From assembly GCA_030390025.1 (NCBI GenBank), contig CM059432.1, forward strand, positions 66,962,001 through 67,026,000: 64,000 nt of DNA, given 5' to 3'. Below are positions 37,953 through 50,976 of this stretch, in pieces (positions within the stretch are counted from its first letter, which is position 1; each line of letters starts with the position of its first letter). The translations under genes were made by a program, and so were the position numbers. The stretch comes from Squalus acanthias (lineage: Eukaryota). The notes below the pieces were generated by a model. The model searched no databases and was not told where the DNA came from. It worked only from the letters and a program-made list of their open reading frames with translations.

Positions 37953-40400
37953 CCATCTGTTATATTTCTTGCTAGTTCACTCTCATTCTATTTTCTCCCT
38001 TTTTATCAAGTTTTTGGTCATCCTTTGCTAGTTTCTAAAGCTTTCCCAATCCTTAGGCATACTACTATTCTTTGCAACATTATAAGTCACTTGTTTTAAT
38101 CTAATACTATCCTTAACTTCTTTAGTTAGCCACGGATGGATCACTTTTCCCACGGAGTTTATATTTCTCAATGGAATGTATATTCATTGAGAATTTTGGA
38201 ATATTTCTTTAAATGTTTGCCACTGCTTATCCACCGTCATACCTTTTAATCTAATTTCCCAATCTACCTTAGCCAACTTGCCCCTCATACCGATGTAATT
38301 GGCTTTATTTAAGTTTAAGACTCTAGTTTTGGATTTAAGTATTTCACTCAAACTCAATGCGAAATTCTATCATATTATGATCACTCGCCCAGAGGATCCT
38401 TTACTATGAGATTACCAATTAACCCTGTCTTATTATACAATACAAGATCTATAATAGCCCGTTCCCTGGTTGGTTCCATAATGTATTATTCTAGGAAACT
38501 GTCTCGAATACTTTCCATGAACTTGTCCTCCAGACTACATTTGCCAATTTGATTTGCCCAGCCTATATAAAGATTGAAATCCCCCACAATAATTGCATTG
38601 CCTTTGTTACAAGCACCGATTATTTGTTGATTAATATTCTGTCCAACAGTATAGCTACTGTTGAGGGCCTATAAGCTACCCCCACCAGTGTTTTCTGCCC
38701 CTTGTTATTTCTTATCTCCACCCATACTGATTCTACTTCCTGATCTTCTGAGCCAATAACCTTTCTCACTACTGTCCTTATGTCATCTTTTATTATCAGA
38801 GCTGCCCCCACCTTCTTTTCCATTCGCCCTGTCTTTTCAAAACGTCAAGTGCCCCGAAATATTTAGTTCCCAACCTTGGTCACCTTGCAACCACGTCTCT
38901 GTAATGGCTATTAGATCAAAGCCATTTATCTCTATTTGTGCCACTAACTCATCTATCTTGTTACAAATGTTTTGTGCATTCAGATAAAGAGCCTTTAATT
39001 TAAAATTTTTAACATTATTCCCTGCTTTCACCTTATTCGTTGATGCACTTTTACCATTAAACTCTCTGTCCCTTCTTGTCACACTCTACTTATCTTTACC
39101 AAAATTGCTACACTGTTCCATTGCGTTGACTTTTCTCCTCACCTGACACCCCCCCCCCCCCCCCCCGATTTTTAATTTAAAGCCCAATCTACAGCCCTAG
39201 TTATTTGATTCGCCCGGTTTAAGTGGAGCCCTTCCCAATGAAACAGTTCCCTCTTTCCCCAATACTAGTGCCAGTGCTCCATGAATCGAAACCCCTTTCT
39301 TCCACACCATTCTTTGAGCCACACATTTAACTCTCTGATCTGCTTGTTTGCCAATTTGCACGTGGCTCAGGTAACAATCCAGAGATTATTACATTTGAGG
39401 TTCTGCATTTTAATTTGGACCCTAGCTCCTCAAAATCTCTCAGCAGAACCTCATTCCTAGTTCTACCTATATCGTTGATTCCTACGTGGACCACGATAAC
39501 TGGATCCTCCACCTCCCACAGCAAATTATTCCCTAGCCGTGAGGAGATATCCTTAATCCTGGCAGCGGGAAGGCAACACAGCCTTCGGAACTCCCAGTCG
39601 TGGCTGCAGAGAACAGTATCTATCTCCCTGACTAGACTGTCCCCTACCAGTGCAATATTCCTTTTCACTTCCCCCACTTGAATGACCTCCTGCATCATGG
39701 TGCCATGGTCATTTTGCTCATCCACCCTGCAGACTCTGCCCTCATCCAAACAGACAGCAAGAACCTCATACGTGTAGGATAAGGGCAAAGGCGGAGGCTC
39801 CTCCAGCACTGCGCCTGGGGTCTCCTTAGCTGCCTGAGTCGCAGTCACACCCTCCTGTCCCTGACCACTAACCGGACCTGTACCACCACTTAACCTCCAT
39901 CGTGTTGTGTGGCACTACCACCGTGCTAAATGGGATAGATTCAGAACAGATCTAGCAGCTCAAAACTGGGCATCCATGAGGTGTTGTGGGCCATCAGCAG
40001 CAGCAGAATTGTATTCCACCACAATCTGTAACATCATGGCCCAGCATATCCCTCACTCTACCATTACCATCAAGCCAGGTGACCAACCCTAGTTCAATGA
40101 AGAGTGCAGAAGACCATGCCAGGAGAAGCGATGCTCTCCACAAACTCCCACATGCTGCAGTTGCGGCACACCACCTGCACTGCATCCCTATATAACCTTG
40201 TTTTATTTATTTAATTAATTCGATTTTATGTATTTAATTAACTTAACTTATAGTTTACTTTTTTAACTAATTACTTGATCTAGTTTAAGTTACAGGTAGA
40301 TTAAATTAAATATTTACATGTAACACAAAGCACTACAATATTGGAGCATACATAGTGAATAAGCTTTGTTATTACAGAGGCTTTTCTCTGAATAGACCAA
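37953..40400 (-). mobile_element. CR1 5' half (5'UTR, ORF1, endonuclease) with a family B LINE piece at about 39893-40127
   Basis: ALVGDSLVR..VHVGINDIG esterase motifs; LYLNAQ..IAITETWL endonuclease motifs. Confidence 0.85.
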
Positions 40401-40409
40401 GAGATGTCT

Positions 40410-40773
40410 GCATCATAACTAAGACCGCCTATTTCCACTTCCGTAATATTGCTCGTCTTCTCCCCTGACTCAGCTTATCTGAAACCCTCATCCATGCTTT
40501 TGTTACCTCTAGATGTGACTATTCCAATGCACTCCTGGCTGGCCTCCCACATTCTACCCTACGTAAACTTGAGATCATCCAAAACTCAGCTGCCCGTGTC
40601 CTAACTCGCACCAAGTCCCGTTCACCCATCACCCCTGTGCTCGCTGACTTACTTTGGCTCCCAGTTGAGCAACACCTCGATTTTAAAATTTTCATCCTTG
40701 TTTTTAAATCTCTCAATGGCCTCGCCCCACCCAATTTTGTAATCTCGTCTAGCCCACAATCCCGTGAGATATC
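40410..40773 (+). mobile_element. L2 fragment
   Basis: Colinear with the L2 pieces at 28690-28793, 30397-30443 and 34494-34720. Confidence 0.85.
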
Positions 40774-41078
40774 AATGAACAGTTATTGAACACTGGAGGT
40801 AGCGCAAAATCAGAGGAAGAGAAACTTCAGAAAACAGAACACAGCAAGACCGCATTGCAGTCACTGGGCACTCTACTGGGGTTTCAAGGAACAGATTGCG
40901 ACTATCATCTTGTTAAGTATTACTTCTTTGTACTGGATGTAAAGTGCTTAATAAATTTGTTATACTTATACACAATATACCTGTACCAGGAGTGTTCTGT
41001 TATAGTCATGGACAAGTTAAATCTAAATTACGGATCTTGTACATGTTACAAATCTTACACGTCTCACGATCTTACAAT

Positions 41079-41096
41079 TGGCGACCCAGATGGCAC
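41079..41096 (+). promoter_or_regulatory. Primer-binding site (tRNA-Arg type) after an LTR-like CA end
   Basis: ...cttaCA-at-TGGCGACCCAGATGGCAC; 17/18 match to the complement of the vertebrate tRNA-Arg(CCG) 3' end as recalled (TGGCGACCCAGATGGGAC). Confidence 0.75.
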
Positions 41097-41205
41097 GTTG
41101 ACTATTAACTAAAACCAGGTATTATTGTGGATAAGGCAGAAGACACTTGGGTTATCATCTGGCCAACGGTGAATCCGGGTGGAGAGTTAGGTTATCTGAC
41201 AGATA

Positions 41206-41964
41206 GGGCTGGATTTTATGAATGGAGACATGTTGGAGGCGGGACTGCTGCTTGCCCGGTTTCAATCCCGCCTCCATCAGCTTCTGGCCAACCAGCGGGA
41301 TTTTCCCGTGATTGACCTTGTTAAGCCCGCCCAATGGGCTCAGCAGGCCAATTAGGGGAAGTCAGTGACAGAGCAAAGAATTTTTGAAAGAAGAAATGTC
41401 ATCGTTTGACAGCTCTGTGAAGCCTTGTGTTCAGGACTCATCAAACCTTTCTACTTTGCAGAAATCAGCTGGCTGTTGGATCGGAGGATGCAACAGCCAG
41501 TCTGTGATCTCTACAATGGAGATGTCAGGGATTATGGCTCCACAGCGGCTGAAGGCTGTAGGAGAAACAAAGGTAAGCTAACATTTTCTAACACTTTACA
41601 CTCACCTCACATACTTACCACTCCACACTTGCACCCATCACTCACCTCTACATCGCACTTTCAGACCCCTCCGACCCCCGCAGACCTCCTACTCGCCTCT
41701 TACACCCTGGTGGGGTTCCCCCAGGTTGGGAAGCCCGTACTTCAGCACGAAAAATGGGGATAATCCTATTTTCTGCCTGTTAACTACCTGTTAACAGGCG
41801 GTTAATAGGCTTTAATCCCTTCCCGCCTCCAAGGAGACAGGACCCAGGGCAGGACGGCTTCCCGCCTCCTGGCAAGAGGGCACGGAGGCGGGTTTGCCAC
41901 CTGCCCCCAAATTCTGCAGTCCCACCTCCAGACCCGCCTCCTTGGGGCTGAGAAAATCCAGCCC
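41206..41964. mobile_element. Harbinger non-autonomous element
   Basis: Perfect 12-bp TIR gggctggatttt / aaaatccagccc; ATA TSD at 41203-41205 and 41965-41967. Confidence 0.9.
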
Positions 41965-41967
41965 ATA

Positions 41968-44494
41968 GGAGGCGATTTTTTCACTGGAGGTGAGATGGAG
42001 GCGGGTTTCAGCTTGGGTGTGTCAGAAACTCACCTCCACTGATAGTTTTCAAAAAATTGAGATTTTCCCATGATTGTCCACTTGATTTCAGAGGTGCCTT
42101 GTTCAATTAGTGTTTTGGGACTGAAACTCACCTCTGTTGGCAGCACTTTTCCAGTCTGATTTTATGGCTTCTTGCTCCCTTGGCTCATTCCACAGCATTT
42201 CTGCTTCTCCTGCACCACCTCCAACATCTTTTGAGATACGAATATCCAATTCCAAGGCAAGGACCTACCCGAGGCTCTCAGATGAGGCGCTGCAACTGTT
42301 GTTTGAGGGGGTGAGAACTAGCATGGAGGTGCTCTTCCACTCATCTCGGAGGAAGAGGCCTGCCAACAAAACCAAGGCTGTTTGGGTACAGCTGGCAAGG
42401 GATATAACCTCCAGATCTGTGTGTAGTTTGGGAGACTGCTTCTGTGTATTGATGAAATGCCATCCTTGTTGGAAAGCATTAACATGATTTGATGCCAAAA
42501 TGTTGGCGTTATGCCATCTGTTACTTAGCCTTAGGCAGCTCCACATTGCGGGCAACGCCACACTTGCGTTGTCAGGTTGGTGGCCTGACTGAAAGGAGGC
42601 CAGAGAGTCAAGTCCATTGTCAATGAAGTCCTAGCATGGAGCTAAGGACATGTGCCAACTTGGCCAACCTATACAAATCTGGCCATGATAAGTTCATCCC
42701 TTGCATTCCTGGCAGCCATGTGCTCGCGTGCTGCCACTGCCGCTGGTCGATACACCGGCACTCTGACCTCCTCCTGCTGCTCCTCCTCCTGCTGCTCCTC
42801 CTCCTGCTCCTCCTCCTCCAGATCCTCCTCCTCCTCCTTAGCTTCCTCCTCCTCCTCCTCCTCATCTGAGGAGGGCTGGAACTGAGCCACTTGCTCATCA
42901 GGAAGCTGCAAGCCACGACGCTGTGCGATGTTGTGCAGTTGCACAGCAGACCACAACAATTCTGGAGACCCTGAATGGTGTATACTGCAGGGCTCCACCT
43001 GATCGGTCAAGGCAACGGAAGCGCATCTTCAACAACCCAATGGTCTGCTCTAGGATGGACCTGATCGAAGTGTGGCTGGCATTGTAGCGCTCTTCAGCCT
43101 CGTTAGCTGGCCTCCTGATCGGTGTCATTAGCCACTTCTTCAGGGGATAGCCTTTGTCACCAAGGAGCCATCTATTAAGTTGGTTTGGTGGATTGAAAAG
43201 CGGAGGAACATTAGAGTGCCGCAGGATGAAAAAGTCATGGCAACTGCCAGGGTACATGACGCAAACATGCAAGAACTCCTTCTTGTGGTTACACACCAGC
43301 TGTACGTTGAGGGAGTGGAAGCCCTTTCGGTTGACAAAGATAGCTGGGTTGTGATGGGGCGCCCTAAGGGCCACATGTGTGCCGTCTATGACGCACTGCA
43401 CCATTGGCATGCCTGCCATATTTGCAAATCCAATCAAATGGGCGGTTATACTTGCTTGATCCCTTGTGAACTGGATGTAATTGTGGGACTTAGCAAAAAG
43501 GGCATCGGAAACTTGGGTGATGCACCTGTGGGTCGCTGACTGGGAGATGCCGCTGATGTCTGCTAATGATCCCTGGAAGGAGCCTGAGGCAAAGAAGTTG
43601 AGTGCGGTGGTGACTTTGACAGCCACTGGTAAGTGGTGTCCACCCGTTCCTCTGGGCACCAGGTCTTGCTGCAGCAGGCCGCAGATCTCTCGGACAACCT
43701 CTCGCGAAAGTCTCAACCTCCTTTGGCACTGCTGCTCACTCATGTTGAGGTAGCTCATCCTTTGTCTGTAAACCATCTGTGGGGGGTATCTCCTGCGGTG
43801 TGGTGCCTCAATACGCTGGCGCCTTCTGCCCTGCGCAGCATCAGGTGGCTGAGCAGGAGGTTGGGGCTCCTGCTGATGTTGCTGCTGAGCTGCCTGGTTC
43901 TGCTGCTGCCCTGGATGGTCCTCATCCTCATCTGAGGTCCAAGGTGAAAGGAAATGAATGTTTCCCATTCTGCTTGCAGATGCCTCTCTGGGGAAGCGCT
44001 CATTGTAAGCGGGGTGAGGGTCTTCACAGGAGGTCCCACAGTTGATGGAGTCAAGCTGTAGCACCTCCGACTTCAGAAGGCCTTCTAAAAGTGCTCAGAG
44101 ACCTTTTAAAGCCAAGGTCTGGCACCTGCAAGTAATCCTTGCTGCAATAAACGCTGTCTTGTTAGACCTGCAGCAGTGAGGAGGCCACCCACGAGTCAAC
44201 CCACCAAGTTTACCTGGCGTGGTTCAGGAGTTGCGTGAAGCACGCCGAAATGATGGGAAATTCACGAGGGCCTCTCAAAATAAGATTAGAGAGGCCCTTA
44301 ACAATCATTTGCAGGTGTTAATTAACGCAATGACCAGCTGGAGGCGGCAGCGTTTCCCGACCTCCAAAACCGGCACCGGCAAAATCCCATGGAGGCGGGT
44401 TGGAGCCGGGTTTCTGACCCGACCTCAGTAATTTGAATTTTCCCGCCTTTCCTGACTCCAAACCTGCCTCCTCCAGTGTCAGAAAATTGCCCCC
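41968..44494. mobile_element. Harbinger element with near-intact transposase and truncated Myb gene
   Basis: TIR ggaggcgatttt / aaaattgccccc; ATA TSD; Myb stub PRLSDEALQLLFEGVR at about 42260-42420 on +. Confidence 0.9.
42669..43968 (-). pseudogene. PIF/Harbinger (HARBI1-like) DDE transposase, one frameshift near 42940
   Basis: [12 protein letters not shown]...IDGTH...LLGDKGY...[21 protein letters not shown] and the acidic tail lie in the 42669 frame. Confidence 0.9.
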
Positions 44495-44519
44495 ATAGTG
44501 TCTCTTTAAGTACACCAAG

Positions 44520-45030
44520 ATGCCGAGAGGAGATCTTTGGAAAGAATATAGAGCAAAGTTAGAGAAGAAGTGTGATGACACACAGGTACAGACACTAGTG
44601 ATAGAGTGTCTATCGAAGTACCCGAGAGTACCTTTTGAGGATGCGGTCGCATTCATCGAAAGGCAGGTTAAGACTAAGAAATGGTAGCCAGATAAAGCAA
44701 TGAGTTTGATTGCATATGCAGCTTCGTACTGTGCGGAGCAAGATGATGATGTTATCCTAACGCAGGATGATAAAATGTTAGAACAACAGAGTCAGATTGA
44801 AATTCTCCAAAGTCAAGTTGCCGCATCTACCACAATCATGCAGCAGCAGAGTGGAAATGCGGTTCAGGCAGGATCCGCCATACAGAATCTTGAGGAAGCC
44901 AGGTGTCAGATAGGCACCCTAACAAAAGATCTAATTTTCAGGCTATCCAAACTGAAAACTCAACAAAGAAAGGGAAAAAACAGTCATTTGGAAAGCCAGG
45001 GAAAGCTGCTTCTACGCCGATTTAAAAAAA
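44520..45030 (+). pseudogene. Putative gag N-terminal ORF of the LTR retroelement
   Basis: ATG at 44520 lies about 130 bp after the PBS once the two Harbingers are removed; MPRGDLWKEYRAKLE...; single in-frame TAG at 44685; Q/L-rich coiled-coil-like stretch; called from position only. Confidence 0.5.
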
Positions 45031-45053
45031 GAAAAAAAAAAGAGAGAAACCTC

Positions 45054-45781
45054 GGGCTAAAAATTCAGTAGCGCCACCTTTGGGGTGCTAACTTCGCCGG
45101 GGTACTACTTTTAGCGCCACGGAAAAATTAGCGCCGCCATGACGGAAATTGAGTGGTAGTGCCCCAAGAGGGAAGCAGGGCGCTACTGGAAGCGCCCCGC
45201 CTCCCTCTTGGGGCGCTGCGAGGGAATATCGCAGCGCTACGTGCCGCGGTATTGCAGGCCTTCCTCCCCTTCTTAAAGGGGAGGGGCCTTGCGCAGCGTG
45301 ACCCAGGGCCCAGTTGGGTGCCCGGGGATTGGGAGTGCCGGCAAAAGAGCCTGGCACTCAAGAGAAGTGCTGGGCTCAGGAAGCGCAGCTGGCACTCCGC
45401 CGGGGGGGGGAGGGGGGGGGGGCAGGTAAGGAGGGCAAGGACGGGAGTGGAGGCAGGTGCTGGCAGGCGGCTGCAACAAAAATGGCCGCCCCGCACCTCA
45501 CCTTTAAATAGCGCCTCCCCGCCCGCAGGTAGGCCCCCCTGACCCCGTCGGACATAGCATCCGGCGGTAAGTCAGGAGGTGCTCCCGAAGATCGCGGCCG
45601 GGGCGCTGCACACGGCAATGACGTCATCACCAGCAGCGCAGCACCGCGGGGCACTACCGGATATTGCCGCCGCTAACCTCCCGCTGAAATTCGCGGGAGG
45701 CGTTGGCGGCGCCACGCCTGGGCGCTAATTGCTTTGCACCCCGGGCGCTAACGAGGCGCAAAGCAACCAAATTTTTCCCCC
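45054..45781. mobile_element. GC-rich Harbinger MITE
   Basis: TIR gggctaaaaatt / aatttttccccc; flanks ctc/cta; homologue at 50341-50976. Confidence 0.85.
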
Positions 45782-47209
45782 CTAAAGTTTTACCGACATG
45801 GAAATTATTAACGTATGTGCCGAGACAAATAAAACAGAAGATTGCTGAGTGAAAGGAACCATAAAAAAATGCTGGAATTTCCGCTTGTGTGTAAGCGTGT
45901 GTTAAGCTTTGAAAGTTTTCCTGACTATGAATGTTTAAGAAGTTACAGTATTCCTTTTGTCTGAAGGTCTGTCTTTAAAAAAAAAGAAAATGTCTGTTGT
46001 GTGTGTTTTAGCTCCACCCACTTCTCTGTGTTAAAAAAGCGTTTAACCATTTTGTCTTGTCTTGGATTTTGGAAGTTTTAAGAATGTGCAAATAAGATTG
46101 TGCACTCAGAATTGGAAAAAAAAAGTTTGAACTACAATTTAAGTTAAGCTGGTGTAGAAAAACTGAGACAAACAAAACATTTGTTTCACAAAAGATTAAG
46201 TTTCAGTCTAAGATTTAACCTTGGAGTCACGATTGCTATGGTGAAATCTTCCAAAGCAGTTTGATTTGATTTGTTTAAATGTGAAAAACTAATTTTTCTC
46301 CAGTTGTATTCAATGTTTTTACAGTCATTTGGAAAGGCATCTGAAGAAAGGACAATAAGAAATATGACGTAATTTACTGTTTTCTGCAAGCATGTGCTAT
46401 TTTGTTTTGTTTTATCTGTTCTGTTCGTGTTTAGTTAAATTGTGAAAACACAACTGTCTTTTTTGATCGGGAAAGTTTTTTTTTAAATTTACGTGAAGTG
46501 ACGCAATTGTGTGCACCTGACAATGTTTCGCTCCACCTTCTTAAAAACCTGCAAAGGAGTTAACCCTTTCCACTGACAGCTGTTTAAGTTCAGCAAGCAA
46601 CAACTTTAGTATTACTGAATGAAATTTAAAGATATTGGATATTATTAAATTTAAGTTTCTTAATTTTAAGTTAATATTTCCCCACAGTGACAGAAGGAAA
46701 ATTATGATTTGATAAATTAACCCCTTGGGCTCTTAAGCAGAGCCACAATGGACTCTCTTTCTTTTGTTATATGGAAGTTACCTTGTAAACTAATTGTAGC
46801 ACTTCTGTCTCTAATGTTAAAACACCGTGTAAACCACCTAGCCTGGGAATCACTTGTTTCTGAAATTGGAATTGTTAAGATAAATTGATAGAAATGAAAT
46901 TGAACATTGACAAAACCTGTCAGTTCAACAGTACTGCTGTTTGGATTTTGGGATAATTTTGAAATGACAAAATGGACTCAGGCACTATATATTGGGTTAC
47001 TTTTGGGAAAATAAAAGATCCTCTAAAATAATGATAAATAAAAAGTGTTAATAATCTTAAATATTGTACTGGGCAGTAAAGTTCCTCTAGGGCTCATGAA
47101 TGAGATATGAATGGTAATTAATGGGATGTGTAAAATGGAGAGGGGAAGTGATTGAGGGTGTGAGATAGAAACAGGAAAATTATACTACCAAATGAGAATT
47201 TTCCTAACT

Positions 47210-47807
47210 TAGACTTAGACTTTCCCCGGGTGCCCAGCTTAGACCTGTCAAAAGTATGAATGGGGATCACTCAAAAAACACATTAAACATTAAATATTTT
47301 TTTTTAAAAGCATGTTTTTAAAATTAGTTAAAATTACATTAAATTAAAGATTTTAAACAAATTTAAAATTTTTTAAACATTTTTACGGGGCTAAAAATAA
47401 ACTTACCTTTTTTAAAAGTATTTTTAAATTATAAATAAGTGGGAAAAATATTATTTTTTTACTTTTTTAAATTTACCAAGCGTAGGATTTTTAAGGGATT
47501 TCAGCGGGCAGAGGTTCTGCAGAAAGCGGAACTCTCCACCCGCAGAGGCCCTTCTCCAGGGCAGGGGTCCGATCTGTCAAGAGGATTCTTGCCAGATCGG
47601 AAGTGCCGGTTTTCAGCGCATGCGCTTCGCATGCCTGAAACTGGCACTTGCGAGGTCCCTACGGGTGTGTACACAGCTCGTACACACCCGTAAGGATCGG
47701 AAAATATGGGCCATTGACTTCAATGGAAATAAAAATTGGGAGAGAATTGAAACGATCTGCCATCTCACTTTCACCCATTTTATACTATCGCACAAAGTCA
47801 AGATCTA
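47210..47807. mobile_element. MITE related internally to 23877-24619
   Basis: Termini tagacttagacttt / aaagtcaagatcta; shares taaaaataaacttacct and gccggttttcagcgcatgcgc with the other copy. Confidence 0.7.
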
Positions 47808-50340
47808 CTGCACAGTCTTTAGAGAGTATTGATGCCTTAATTAGCATGAAATTCAGAACCAAAATTACAACTTTCACAGTATATGGATGAGAACTATCCC
47901 AAATTTTTTTTCATTCAAAATTATTTGAATTTGGCCATTTCGTATTTATTCATAAATCTTCATTTGTCACGTAGTCAGTATCCCCAGTAATGGGATATTT
48001 TCAACAGTGCCTGTGGTTGGCTTGAACAAAGCTTTTTGTTCTGTTTTAAATATTTTCTGATCCAGTGGTTTGGCTATTGTATCATATATGGAAAGACTAG
48101 TGGTTATTCACAACTATAATAAGCACTTGGGTAGCATGACAAATATAACTTGAGACTAGTCAATTAGACAGGCTCAGTTTAGACCAGAACAGAAACAATC
48201 TGTAGCATCTGCCATTTTCTCACTTAGCCAGCAGCCTTACTTAATGTTTGGATGAGATCCATTAATCTGGCTGCTCTTGAAGCTGGTGATCTGATTATAA
48301 CAAATCTCACCAGATGATTGCACTATATGAACTCACCTCTAAATAGGGATGAGGGTTCAATCAATTGCCAAACCAAATGAACCAACTAGAATTCATGTAG
48401 TTTGAGGTAAATTAATCAAATATCTGAATTTATAGAATCATAGAATGGTTAGCGCACAGAAGGAGGCCATTCGGCCCGTTGAGCCCGTGCCGGCTCTCTG
48501 CAAGAACAGTTAAGCTAGTCCCACTCCACCACCCTTTCCCTGTAGCCCTGCAAATTTTTTTCCTTCAGGTACTTATCCAATTCCCTTTTGAAAGCCACGA
48601 TTGAGTCTGCCTCCACCACCCTTTCAGGCAGTGCATTCAGATTCTAACAATTCGCTGCGTAAAAAAGTTTTTCCTCATGTCACCTTTGGTTCTTTTGCCA
48701 ACTACCTTAAATCTGTTTCACCACGTCAACCACATTGCCCTCATGAACCCTCTCTGTTACCTCATCAAAAAACTCGATCAAGTTAGTTAAACATGATTTG
48801 CCTTTAACAAATCCATGCTGGCTTTCCTTAATTAATCCACACTTGTCCAAGTGACTGTTAATTTTGTCCCTAATTAACATTTCTAAAAGCTTCCCCACTA
48901 CCGAGGTTAAACTGACTGGTCTGTAGTTGCTGGGTTTCTCCTTACACCCCTTTTTGACCAAGAGTGTAACATTTCCAATCCTCCAGTCCTCTCGCACCAC
49001 TCCTGTATCTAAGGAGGATTGGAAAATTATGGCCAGTACCTCCGCAATTTACACCTTAACTTCCCTTAGCATCCTAGTACAGCCAGCCTTTCTAGTACCT
49101 CCTCTTTATCAATGTTTATCCCATCCAGAATCTCAACTACCTTCTCTTTCCCTATGACTTTGGCAGCATCTTCTTCCTTGGTAAAGACAGATGCAAAGTA
49201 CTCATTTAGTACCTCAGCCATGCCCTCTGCCTCCTTGCGTAGGTCTCCTTTTTGGTCCCTAATCAGCCCCACCCCTCCTCTTACTACCCGTTTACTATTT
49301 ATATGCTTATAGAAGACTTTTGAATTCCCTTTTATGTTAGCTGCCAATCTATTCTCCTAATTTCTCATTGCTCTTATTTTCTTTTTCACTTCCCCTCTGA
49401 ACTTTATATATTCAGCCTGATTCTCACTTGTATTCTCAACTTGACATCTGTCATATGTGCTCTTTTTCTGCTTCATCTTACTCTCTATCTCTTTCGTCAT
49501 CCCTGGAGCTCTGACTTTGGTTGCCCTACCTTTCCCCCTCGTGGGAATGTACCTCGACTGTACCCAAACCAGCTCCTCTTTAAAGGCAGCCCATTGTTTG
49601 ATTACAGTTTTGCCTGCCAATCTTTGATTCCAATTTACCCGGGCCAGATCTGCTCTCAACCCACTGAAATTGGCCTTCCTCCAATTAAATATTTTTAATC
49701 TAGATTGCTCCCTGTCCTTTTCCATAGCTAATCTAAACCTTATGATACTATGATCACTGTTTCCTAAATGTTCACCTACTGACACTTGCTCCACTTGCCC
49801 CATCTCATTCCCCAGAACCAGTTGGGCCGGAAACGTATTGATCAAGAAAGTTCTCCTGAATACAGTTCAGAAATTCTTTCCCCTCTCTGCCCTTTACACT
49901 ATTACTATCCCAGTCTATATTAGGATAGTTGAAGTCCCCCATTATCACTACTCTATAGTTCTTGCACCTCTCTGTAATTTCCTGGCAAATTTGCTCCTCT
50001 ATATCCTTCCCACGAGTTGGCGACCTATAGAATACACCTAGTAGTGTAATGGCACCTCTATGATTTCTTATCTCTAACCAAATAGATTCTGTCCTTGACC
50101 CCTCCAGGACACCCTCTCTCTCCATCACTGTAATATTCTCCTTAACCAAACCGCCACACCACCTCCTATCTTTCCTTCCCTATCTTTCCTAAACATCTTA
50201 TATCCAGGAATATTTAATACCCATTCCTGCCCTTTTTTGAGCCAGGTCTCTGTTATCGCCACGACATCGTATTCCCATGTGGATATTTGCGCCTGCAGCT
50301 CACCAAGCCTATTTACCATGCTTCCTGCGTTTAGACACAT

Positions 50341-50976
50341 GGGGGAAAAATTGAGTCGTGACCCCTTTGGGGCGCTAACTTTGCCGGGGCGCTACTTTTA
50401 GCGCCCCGAAAAAATTAGCAACCCCGCAGCCGAAATTTATCGGTAGCACCCCAAGAGGGAAGCGGGTGCTACTGGAAGCGCCTCGCCTCCCTCTTGGGGC
50501 GTTGCGAGGGAAATACTGCAGGCCTTCCTCCCCTTCTGGGTCACCAGGGATCAGACTGCCGGCAAAAGAGCTCGGCATTCAAGAGAAGTGCCGAGCTCAC
50601 GGAGCGCAGCCGGCACTCCGCGGAGGGGCTGAAGAGGAGGCCGGAGACGGCAACGAGGGCAGGCGGCCAGCAACAAAAATGGCTGCCCGGCACCTCGCCC
50701 TGGCCACAGGTAGGCCCCCCTGACCCCGTCGGACATAGCGTCCAGTGGTAAGTCAGGGGGCGCTATCGAAGATCGTGGCCAGGGCGCGAGTGGGGCGCTG
50801 CGCATGGTGATGACGTCATCACTGGCGGCGCAACGCCGCGGGGTGCTAATGGTTACTGCCACCGCTAACCTCCTGCTGAATTTCACCGGAGATGTTGGCG
50901 GTGCCGCACCCGGGCGCTAGTTGCTTTGCGCCCCGTTAGCGCCCTAAGAGGCGCAAATCAACCTAATTTTTCCCCC
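50341..50976. mobile_element. GC-rich Harbinger MITE
   Basis: TIR gggggaaaaatt / aatttttccccc; host CR1 sequence gacacatacac is restored on removal. Confidence 0.9.

Noticed and set aside
42620..42916. Poly-Arg, poly-Leu and poly-Ser ORFs
   Set aside because: Alternate frames of the (GAG)n acidic tail of the transposase
42669..43968. Domesticated host HARBI1 gene
   Set aside because: Lies between TIRs with a TSD, is frameshifted and has several paralogous remnants in the window
45054..45781. CpG island or host promoter with many short ORFs
   Set aside because: It is a TIR-bounded MITE, repeated at 50341
45783..48430. Possible pol or env of the ERV
   Set aside because: AT-rich, with no RT, integrase or fusion-protein motif in the frames I translated
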